64,000 nt of DNA. Source: Paraspadella gotoi (lineage: Eukaryota; Animalia; Chaetognatha). The stretch is taken from the NCBI GenBank assembly GCA_051294375.1, contig CM119269.1:4122557-4186556 (forward strand). The letters are read 5' to 3'. The notes below the pieces were generated by a model. It was not told the origin of the DNA and ran no database searches. It saw only the letters and a list, made by a program, of their open reading frames with translations. Below, piece by piece: positions 42,664-53,029 of this stretch. The position numbers and the translations under genes were made by a program. Each line of letters opens with the position of its first letter. The stretch's first letter is position 1.

Positions 42664-43147
42664 TTTTTCTTTCTTTCTTTCTTTCTTTCTGCTGTGGTTA
42701 GTTAATAAAAACGAATTTACGAATATATTTACTCACGTCTTGCGGTTCGCAATGATCCTTGTGCTTCATATACTCGACGACCATCATGATTCTCCCATTG
42801 CTATCGCATCTGCATTCCATGGTAAGGCCGGAGTTTTTTCCAAATTCGATCATTCCGGAACCCGTGTTGTACACGCCCGATTGCGCGCTCAAGCCTGAAT
42901 GTATGAGGAGAAAGGCTAAAGGTGATTGTCGCTACATTGACTCGCTGTAATTGAATCGTTCAAACAGCTTCACAAAGGATACCACTCTCCAATCTCCATG
43001 TATAAAATTAATTTAGTAGTTCTCGTCCGTCACGCTAAAGTTCGTTATCTTATCAATCACCAAATTCACCAATCACCTCGTCACCACTCACCACTCACCA
43101 ATTAGCGAAGCGACGAAAAGCGTTGACAGCCAAACAGTCGTCGCCAT
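37610..43147 (-). CDS. Paralog B, complete 15-exon gene (~1033 aa): SP / split ZP-N / ZP-C / furin / Sushi / EGF-Ca / SEA / EGF / His-rich stalk / TM
   Basis: Manual GT-AG splicing keeps one frame: 43147-43099, 42894-42737, 42491-42090, 41770-41630, 41435-40777, 40677-40585, 40498-40336, 40257-40193, 40117-39836, 39414-39140, 38971-38742, 38660-38563, 38456-38332, 38080-37952, 37842-37610 (3102 nt). Motifs: MATTVWLSTLFVASLIG, MECRCD..IMMVVEY, YDLVCEYK, IECDVDIC..SAC, PYGRKRR, Sushi CNSRPSVANG..C..C..W..C, DVDECLQNPC, TM LIIGLGAAVIVLLVSIVVIVVVLCC. Confidence 0.9.
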
Positions 43148-43799
43148 CTTGTCCCTTGTTTTATTTGCGGAAGAATTTAAAGAAAAATCATTCTCGTTTT
43201 GGGAGAAAAATTTTAATAAGTAAGCCTTTATTTCAACTGGTTCGATGTTTTTTTTTTTCTGCGAAAAAAGTAATAAAAAGTAATCAAGTTTTTGTACTAC
43301 GTATTAGGAATGTTTTCAATTTAACTGTAATTGTTGCAATAAAGAAACGAGACATTTTTTGTAAGTAACGAAATATGGAAAAAATTATATACTAGAACTC
43401 TATAACTCGAACTTGGTAAATAATCTGTTGACAGGAATTTAAATAGCGGAAAAATCGTTAACTACCAAATGTAGATTCTTATCAATACGACTAAATATTA
43501 TAAATCGAACAACAGTAATCCAACTATGCCATCATATGCAGGGTCCACGCGCTTTTTTTGGGAATATTTTGAAATATTCATTCGAAGTTAATATTTCAAA
43601 TAAAATATTAAAAAATGTTATCGGTACATTAAAATGTAGCTAAAACGAACGACGAAAAAACGACAGGACGCACCACGTCGCATTAGTTTGAAAAAAAAAG
43701 AGAGAAAAAAAAAAGGCAAAAAATATTATAAAAATGTGCGAAAATTATAGAGAGAGCTGAGTCACCAGTTTCTATAGTAAAATAAATAAAATTCAAACC

Positions 43800-44168
43800 C
43801 CGATGAGGAAATATAATCCACCGCCCGAGTCAAAGGTTCCTCGCGCTCATCCAACTGCGTCGCAAGCGCCTCGAATTCCTCCTCGGTCATGAAGTCGGCT
43901 TCCAACGATGCGAAGGACGTTTGCAGGCGTTGATGGCGGCGACCAACTGCTCCGGCTCAGGGGTGAGAGCCGAACCGTAAAGATAGTTGACGTATTGGCG
44001 CAGTTCAAGTCGGGTTAGGTCATCTCTACTGAAGAAGGAGACCGGGTAAAGTTCGGCTTGAAGGACATTGGTCGATGAGACAGGGAACGAGCGGGCGACC
44101 TGAGGTAGAAGTTTAACGAAGTTCAACGAAGTAACTAACCTAGGCGTGGTTTTAAGGGAAGCGTCCAC
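43800..44168 (-). pseudogene. Intronless, diverged cytochrome c oxidase subunit 5A-like sequence (retrocopy/pseudogene or frameshifted gene)
   Basis: FFSRDDLTRLELRQYVNYLYGSALTPEPEQLVAAINACKR resembles the COX5A core (F...D....ELR...N.L....L.PEP....AA..ACRR). Preceded by a presequence-like basic/hydroxylated stretch; similarity ends after CKR. Confidence 0.55.
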
Positions 44169-44278
44169 GATAGACGTAACCGTTTTTTTTTTTTTCGTAA
44201 ACGATAAACTTGAGTGGTCGGTCGATTTTAAGCACCTCCTTTAGAAGCAGAGCTCTATAAAGGAAAGAGAAAGACAAT

Positions 44279-44895
44279 TTTTAGTCGGATCTGCTTATCA
44301 GCAGATCCCGACTCTATAATTCACTTTGTCGGTCCGTCGGTCCGCCCCCTCAATCTTGTGGGCATTCACTTATATCATGTCAGAATATCGAATTATGATA
44401 AATTATGCAAAATAAAAAACGATGTCCATCCGTCTGTCCGTCCGTCCCAACTTAGCCAAAAACACAAATTACTCGTGATTGGTTGGATGGACTGGAAATA
44501 AATTTTGTATGTGGGTAGAGAAGTGTGTGATTGAGCTGGATATGAAGTTTCGAAGGAATTGTTTGAGTGGAAATAAGTTTAAATGGAAAAAACAAAGACC
44601 CTGTTTCACTAATTGATTATGCTTATTTTTATTTTTATTTTAAATGTGAATGCAGGATGTATTATTTAATCAAATAATTAATCAGTTAATTAATCAATTA
44701 ATCAATAAATTAATCAATAATTAATCAATCAATCAAAACAAACATTTCGGATCAAATTGCCTAATTAACTAAACAATTAACTTGAATAAATTAATGATTA
44801 ATTAATTAACTTGAATTAATTAATGATTAATTAATTATTTATTAATTAATTAATGATCGTGGGCAGATCCGACATTGTTTGCTCAAACTTGTTTT
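44279..44895 (+). mobile_element. Non-autonomous Helentron-type (HINE/DINE-1-like) element
   Basis: 5' hairpin gtcggatctgct/agcagatcccgac, (GTCC)-type microrepeats, 3' subterminal inverted repeat gcagatccgac, T-rich ends. A second locus is at 8220-8630 (redundant copy 25630-26012, reverse complement). Confidence 0.6.
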
Positions 44896-46049
44896 ACCCA
44901 ATGAGAGGTTTTGCTGCATCGTTTCCCGAATGACGAATAAACCGGTTGAGGTTGAGATTGAAATTGAGGTGAGGTTGCGGAGGGAGAGGAGGCAGAGAAG
45001 AAAGTGGGTGAAGTCGAACAGGTTGTGGATGACGAATGACGAGGTATTAGAGTGTTGCAAAATATTTTTTAAAAATATCTCTATAAATGAAATCGCGTTA
45101 CACCCTAACGGTCTAAACTCACATTCGTTCTATAATCAGACTAATGCAATCACTCTTACTATTTTGATTAGGTAAATAAAATGTTTTCAAGTTTTATAGA
45201 CCAATTTTAGACAACTCGCCGACGCGATCAAACCGGTCTTCGAGAGAAAACGCCTCGTCGAACTCCTAATCCGGGAAGAAAGTTGAGTTTCTTTCGACCT
45301 CTCTCATTTGTCTTACGAGGCTTGCTCATTTTTCTAACAAGATCATACCATTTGAATAGAATATACTAATTTTTTTCGTAAGACCAGCATGTAATAAAGA
45401 CGTAATAGGGGGAAATTAAAAAATATATTATTTATAATGTTTAATGTATACTGAGGACAATATAGTTGTTATTATTATTATTGCGAGTGTAGAGAAATAT
45501 TTTAATAATAATAAAATACATTTTCGAACGTCGAATGTCGGTTGTCTTTTGTTTCGGTTCTCCTTCGTTCAGTGGCGCACGAATGATTGCGATCGTAAAA
45601 CGTTTCCGGATTTACATTTATTTGTCACGAATGTATGAAATTGATACAAGCAATAAAAAATATCCATTCATTTATAAATAAGCTCTCTTGCCTGACTTTG
45701 GACAGGCTTTGGTGGTTTAAGGCTTCATCACTCCTACATGACATTGCAGTATGTTATATTTGTCATATTTTCGACTACATAAACATTCTGAAGCATAAAT
45801 TTAGGGCTGCTTGCGAAGATATCACCTCCACGAATGAAAAATTAGGCCGACATTCGCTTTCTCCAACTAGTATTCTACCAACAATATGTCAGCGAGGTAG
45901 CTATAAACCATGGTGTTGACACAGCTCTTCAGTTTAACTAATAACCATTGTCTGCTTGCGAAGATTAAACGAGAATAGTCTTTTCTAACAAAACTAAAAC
46001 TTTTTTCCTGCTCATACAACTGCCATACGACGTGGATGAATATTAAATT

Positions 46050-46265
46050 AGGTATGGTGGACTAAAATCACAGCCCATTGGTGCAAGTCATCGCTCCCAA
46101 CCAATGTCCGGGGTTCTAGCCCGGTGGTCGTCTAGCAGTTAACAGGGATGAGGCGCCTAACTCGCCTGTAACACGGTGTTAAAGCCTGATCCGAAGCTCA
46201 GGGACTGCTTAATATTGAACGATTCTGTCACTAACACATAACAATGATTACTGTCTCTTCATAGG
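46050..46265 (+). mobile_element. tRNA-derived SINE, family 1
   Basis: Aligns with 56797-57030. Confidence 0.6.
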
Positions 46266-46441
46266 TAAATTAAATTATCATGAGAACATTTTCTGAACTA
46301 ATCATGTAAAAAAATAAACAATATTGACGCCGTATTATATTTCATCATTGATTTTTTCAAAGTACAAATAATATATTTCAAAATTGTTATAACTTTTGAA
46401 ATCAGTATTATGGCTCTCTCTCTCTCTCTCTCTCTCCTCAC

Positions 46442-46752
46442 CAAAAATCCCTGATGATTCGACTGGGGCATCATCTTCCTTCCAGCAGCGACGTCCGCCA
46501 GGAAGTCAATGTAATCAGCGTTGAATTTCAGCGCCGCCATCGCTTTGTTACGGTCGGCGTCGGAGAGGTTGGCGCCCCGAAGCGCCGCGGCGCCCAGCGT
46601 CTGGTTGAGGAGGGCCACGTCCTCCTCGATCTCCTGACGCCAGAGACATATCCGATCCGTGGAGTTTGTTTTGAATTCCACGTCGACCTGGGAAGGATAT
46701 TCAAAATAGAGGTGAGGGAAAGTGACACTCTTTCTCTCTCTCTCTCTCTCTC

Positions 46753-46796
<44 letters not shown>

Positions 46797-47441
46797 CGTA
46801 CCTCCATCACCCAACATCATTATTCTCACTCACTTCTTCGATGGAACACCCGTGATATTTCACGTCCGTCACGAAAATGATTCTCCCGTTTTCGTTGGTC
46901 CTGCATTCCATGTCCACTTTGTCGTCACCGGTTTGGATGAGCACCATGGGGTTGTCCACCTCATAGTACCGACGCCCGGTCTCGGTCCATCCCCCAGAGC
47001 TCGACCCTGGAAAGAGAAGATTCAAATTACATAAGGAATTCTGTAACACGCCTCGCAAAGGGAAAGTTTTTTTTTGAAAGAAGCAGTAAGCAGGAAGCAG
47101 TGAAAGAAAATTTGCCGAAAAATGGAGGTCGGAAATCGAAATTGATGAAAAGTCGTGAGTTTCAACGACATAAGAAATTGGTAAAATCAGTTTCAATGTA
47201 CAAACGCAGATAAAGGCAAGAACCTGTTGTTTCAATAAACGATTTCGTTATTGCAAACTATGCAAATCAACTGTGTTTTACCTCCTTCGATTATTTAAAA
47301 AAAAAAAATTTTATAACAAAAAAGTAATGAAGAAATAAAACCATAAAATGTGACGCAATTGAGAAGTGATAAAAAGTAAGTTTTACCTAAAAATGCCGCT
47401 AGGAGGAGACAATAGGCCCACCAGGTCGACATTCCCACCAT
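46442..47441 (-). CDS. Paralog C exons 1-3 (47441-47387 signal peptide; 47006-46834; 46687-46442)
   Basis: Signal peptide MVGMSTWWAYCLLLAAFLG; MECRTNENGRIIFVTDV matches MECRCDSNGRIMMVVEY; same intron phases as A and B. Confidence 0.8.
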
Positions 47442-47588
47442 TTATCAATCTACTGTATGTTTGTTGTCGTTTGTTTGTTTATTTTCTTTTATGCTTCAGT
47501 TCAACTATAAGAGACAAGAGGCTGAAGAAGGCCAGTAAGGGTGAGGAAGAAGAAGACTCTCTCTCTCTCTCTTCTCTCTCTCTCTCCT

Positions 47589-47626
<38 letters not shown>

Positions 47627-47747
47627 ACTCCGCTCTCTCCTTCCTCTTGTACTCTCTCTCTCGTTTTCTCTTCTCTTTTCTCTTTCTCTCCTCTCCTCTC
47701 TCCTCTCTCTCTCTCCTAGAGAGAGAGAGAGAGAGAGACCGTCCTAC

Positions 47748-48429
47748 CTTTCTTCCATGTTTTTGGTGAACAGCGATGGCGTTAGGAAAGATAATAGCTG
47801 TCTTCTCTTTGGTGATGCACCTGAATGAGACAGTACTTATCTTATTGTTGTTACTATTTTTTGTTTTTATTCATGACGATTGATCATTAAAAAAAAACAT
47901 CCATTGTCAACCTGACTGAATCCAAATGGATCGTCAACTTGGTTTCCCTTCCGAAGATGTTGCTGTGGAAGCAGACGTGATGCGCCGAGACGTAAAGCAT
48001 ACCTTGCAGGAGAATGTCGTCCACCAAAGCGCAGGAAAAACCTGTATATTAATTCTTTGTTTCAAGGAGAATTTTAGTTGACAAGAAACTTCATCAATAC
48101 AAATATTAATATTAAGATCGCTGTTATGAAATACTCACTGTCGTGAATTTGCTCGGAAGATGAAACGGAGGTGAAAATTTTGCGAAACTGTTTCCTTCGA
48201 AATTTGCTCGCGTTTTTCTATTTTTTTTTAAAACAGAATAACAAATCAATGTTGAATTTATTAAAAAAAATCAATCAATCAATCAAACAATCCATCTATC
48301 CATCAATCCATCAATCAATCAATCAATCAATCAATCAAATCAAACCGTAGAGGGATTATCCTCGTCGAAATCGGAGAATCCGGATGATCTGCTTCTTGCG
48401 CTGCTCAGCGACTGACTGATTCGCTTCAT
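47748..48429 (-). CDS. GRAM-domain protein (GRAMD2-like), 5' exons (true start may lie further upstream)
   Basis: Exons 48429-48346, 48217-48139, 48041-47912, 47820-47748: QFRKIF..SFSCALVDDILLQGMLYVSAHHVCFHSNIFGRETKLTI..ITKEKTAIIFPNAIAV, a canonical GRAM motif. Confidence 0.88.
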
Positions 48430-49033
48430 GTCGGGCAGCGACGGGCAGAGGATCGAAGATGCGGGCGGAGGATTTTAAGGTCAAAGTTTAAAAGAGATGC
48501 GGGCAAAGTGTCGTTCAGAGGAGAGAAGGAGTTATTCGTCAAAAAATTTCCGACCGACGGTTAAAAGGCGAAAAAGGTCAGAATAATAACAGAGCGCGTG
48601 AGAGACTAAAATGTCAGAAGCGGACGATGATGTTCCGAACGCAGCCGATGGCGATGGTCAATGGCGGAGGACGGCGTCGTCCGAGCGCGGGCCAGCGCTG
48701 GCGCCCCCTAGATCCTCATGGAATGATTGGCTAGAAAGGCTTTTGGTGTTCGACGGGTTGTTAAGTTTGGCGAGGGTTGGAGATTGTGGAAGGGACAAGA
48801 CGGGGCCGGATGGGGGGTTAATGCAACATCTAAAAAAAGTGGACGAGGATAAAAAGAATTAAATAATTATGACTTTGTTGTAAACCTTTCTTTTTCGTTG
48901 TGTTTGGTATTTAGGAAAAACAGTTTTTATTGCCTCTGTTCCCTCTCCCTCATTTTTTCATTTTAATTTTCAACCAATTTTTCTTCTTCCCTGTCCTCAC
49001 ATCTGACCACTATCCTTTCTCAATTCTTTGTTA

Positions 49034-49150
<117 letters not shown>

Positions 49151-49196
49151 CCTTTCAAAATCAATGTTAAAGAGAAAAACCTGTTGATTATTAACG

Positions 49197-49253
49197 CTGA
49201 TGAAGACTCTATATATAAATTATATATATCTAAATATGGAGTCGAAACATGTA
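49197..49253 (+). ncRNA. Minimal hammerhead-like motif
   Basis: CTGATGA-a-gactc[long AT loop]gagtc-GAAACATGTA. Confidence 0.5.
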
Positions 49254-49439
49254 CGACTTTAAATTTGTCCAAAAAAAAAATCGTTGTTGATGCAATTAAA
49301 ACTGTTTTTCCTAAAAATTAGGACTAAAACAACATCCGTTAAAGAAGAGATTCGAATAAAAATAATATGTAAAATGTAAATGAGTAAAGGAGCGTCTCAA
49401 CAACATCGATTTTTATTTTTTTCAAGTTTCTTGAAAATC

Positions 49440-51156
49440 AATTGCACTCCACTTTTGAGTTTTCATCGAATCGAAGGAGAGAAACGTCTTTAGTTTCATT
49501 TCTTTCTTCTTCTTCTTCTTTTTCTTCTTCTTCTTCTCCTCCTTCCTCCCCTTCCGCCTCTTCCTCCTTCCTCCCTTTCGTCTTCTCATCCTTCGCACTT
49601 TTTTCGTCTCCCATCGTCTTCGTCCTCCCGAGAGGAAACTCCTCTTCCTCTTCCTCCTCCTCCCTCCGCCAAGGAGGAAGCGTGACGCGAAGCTTGGCTC
49701 GAAGTCCGCGATCGAAGCACGGGCACCCGCAACGGGCGCCGCAGTCGCTTCCTCGAGCGCCGGAGGAGAGAGGGAAGGAACCTTTGCGGTTCCAGTCGAC
49801 GAGATCTGCCAAAATTTTGGTTAGGATTTTTTACTTCTAATGATTTATTATACATATTGTATTATACATTACTATTACTAAGTATCAAAGTATCAAAACA
49901 ACAGCCGTTCTGTGGAAGCACAACAGTTCCCTCTATTTCATCATCCACCCCCAACAACAATACACACCCGCAAATTCTATCAAAAGCCGATTGGCGATCG
50001 ATTTGTCGACGTTTTGATGCAGCAGCGCCACCGCCAGCCGCAGATCGTCCACGTCGCAGCGGCCGCTGTCCCCGCTACCGCTGCTACCTCCGCCGCCGCC
50101 CCCGGAGCGGCTGAGAGCATCGACGAGCCGGTCCAGTCGACGCCGGCGCGCCGTTCGAGGCGCCACGAGACGCCGGGCCAGGAGGAGATCGGCGCGAAAT
50201 TGGTGGCGCCAAAACCGGAAGTGGGCGCGGAGGAGGAAGAGGAGGAGGAAGAGGGAGAGGAGGATGTCGAGGCAGAGGAGGACGAGAGAGAGGGAGCGAG
50301 TGGGGAAGACGCATCGGAGGGGAGCTTGGGAAATTGTTAATAATTATGTCTGGTTAATAGTGGTTATTTATCGATCTCTCTTTGTAATGACGACAGTATC
50401 GGCGATCAAAAGCGAAAATAAAGTGATTTTTAAAATTATTTTGCCTTTAACGTTACGCTCCAGAATACTTTAAACTCTGGTGGTCCCATCACCACAGATG
50501 GATTAAAGCTGTATCTTTCGCAGTGCCTCAGTGGTTCAGTGGACTAATGCACCATCCCAATGTGCATCCCTGGTTCGAGCCCTGAGGTTGTCATGTAGAA
50601 AGTGGGATGGACCGGGTAACCCGCCTGTAGGCATGGGCCTACTGCCAGATCCAAAGCTCTGGACTACATGAACATGCTGTCTCGCTGTCGCCACGAGGTG
50701 ACACCGCTGCGGGTGTGGCGCCCTGTAAAACCAGCCTCTTCAAAACTACTTTAACACTCGGCTTACCATCACCCATGGCGCCAGAGAGAGTTGGAGTGCA
50801 GTATCCCAAGTGACGCCCAACACGGCCGCCGCCTACACCTTCGTCGTTGCCGACTATTCCACGAAGAAGCGCGAGTCCAACGACGAAGGAGATCGTTGTC
50901 GTCGTCGCCTTGACGACCAGTTGCGTCCGGATGTAAGAGTCGGCGATAGAAAATCCGCGGAATCTGGTGAAGCGAGTTTGAACGAAAGATCGAAGGTTGG
51001 ATGGAGAGATTGAGGCTGGAGGGAAGAGGGAGGTTTGGAGTAATGGGTTGTGAGAAAGTGGGAAACCTGAGAAAGGGGCAAAGGTAAATTCGAAAGTATG
51101 TAATGCAAAGAGAAAAGAAATAAAAATGGAAAAAAGAAAGAAAATTAAAGAACGAG

Positions 51157-51211
<55 letters not shown>

Positions 51212-51690
51212 AAACAAAGCCAGCAAAATAGGCCATAACCAAGCAAGCTGCAAGCGCCCAGAGAGTCAGATGATCCAACCTGCTCCCATCGACGCCGCCT
51301 CCTTCAACATCGGCGTCAATTCTCCCCACGCCACCGCAAACCACATCCAAGACGACGCCAACCCTGCAAGCGCCTCTACTATAAAAAGGTGAGGCAGGTA
51401 AGTCGCGTGATCGAATCTCGGCGCGGAATCCGGCGTCGCGGCGAAAGAGTTTCGGGCGCGGCAGAGGGTGGTAAGGAAATGGACGGAAGCGGCGTCGCTG
51501 AAGTTGAAAGAGGACGACGACGCGACGCCGCAGAGAACGGGACTCTCCAGCCGCGCTCCGACGAGCAGAGCAGCGAAACAGAGTCGCGTCCAGAGGGCGA
51601 GTCGTCGAAAGAGTCGGTCAGCGGGGAAGTCGACGTCGGGAGAAGAATCCAAAGAAAACATTTTTGGTAATTTATTCTCTTGCAAAACAT
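49440..51690. other. GC-rich probable exonic segments, strand and gene unresolved
   Basis: Overlapping low-complexity ORFs on both strands. + strand 50801-50932 and 51270-51388 have compatible splice phases; minus-strand readings could instead be 5' exons of the GRAM gene. Confidence 0.3.
50523..50760 (+). mobile_element. Possible second tRNA-derived SINE
   Basis: gtggttcagtgg (A box) ... ggttcgagccc (B box) followed by a non-tRNA body; single copy in the window. Confidence 0.4.
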
Positions 51691-53029
51691 AATTTTCCCG
51701 GCAATTGTTTTTTTTTTTTTCAAAGTAAAATCGGTCGCCCCCTCCCTTGAATTTACTAGAATCGTTTGTTCTTGTGCGAAGCTTCACGTTTTTCGAGAGC
51801 GCACAGTAATTAAAATATAGCGCTTTATCACAGAAAATAAATGAAAGAGTGATACATACGATTTAATTCGTAATTATAAAGAGACAGTGTCAGTGAACAT
51901 TAATTTTTCTACCTTTCACGATGTGTGAAACTTTTAGAGCAAAACACGTTCAATTTTTTTATATGATTTGACTTCTTATCTTTGACTAGTTTTTTTTTTA
52001 TCTTTTTTTTTTTGAGAGAATGATATCAAAAGTGTTAACGACCGAAAAAAAGGTTTAATAGAAAAAATCTCGAGTAGAAGAAAAACCGGCGAAAAGTGGA
52101 GGCGATAAAAACTGGTTCAAAGCCGAAGGTCGCGGGTTCGAATCTCCCGTCTTTCAGTCGACTTTTGTGGAAGTAATTGAGTCGGCGTTTTATTTACCGT
52201 TAGCGGCGGCTGAGTGATAAAGTTTCGCCGCTCCTTTACTTTCTATTTTCTATTTTTATTTTACTTTTTTGAGGTTTGTTTAGATATCAAATCAATACTT
52301 ATTTACAAGTTCTATTATTAAAGAAAATAGAATGAACTTATATATTCACAAAATGCTCTTATGATTATAATTTGAAAAAAAAAATATTATGTTCTTTGTT
52401 TAGTTCCGTAGCAGCCTTTTTCCCCCCCGATTGGAAAATGTTATATCGGTCGAAGATAATACGACTAATTAGGTCAAAGATCAGGAACCGAAAACGGAGC
52501 GAGACAAACCCTGACGATCAGCCTTCGCTAAAAACAGTTCTACATTCAACATGTTGATCGTCTGTCCTTTTTCTTTTTCTAGTCAGCTGGAATCTTGAGG
52601 AGGAAGATGGCACGAAGGAGGAAGCTCATGAGGAGGAGGAGGAGGAGGTGGAGGATTGGAGGAAAGAAGGAAAGAAGCCGAAAGCTTTGGCGCTCTATTC
52701 GTCTTTAGTCGGAATGCGGAAAAGCAAAAGAAAAACAAAAGTCAATTCACCATTTTTTAAAAAATTTATTATTCAATAATTGTTCATAATCAAACAAAAC
52801 TAAAAGAAAAGGAATGCGTCGTTATTTCTATATAAGCGTAGTTTGAGTTAGAAATAGTAATTCAACATTTCGCCAATGATTTTTTTTTCCCCAAAATTAA
52901 ATTTGAATTAATTAAATAAGAACAAATAACCCTATTGACAATTTTCGAAATCTCGTTGCAACTCGGAAGTTATAAATACACATATTTTACAAGAATGGTC
53001 ACAAAGGAGACTAGACAAGCATCGTCGAA

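Noticed and set aside
52100-52152. tRNA gene (gcgggttcgaatctc T arm)
   Set aside because: No convincing D arm or acceptor stem; at most a fragment
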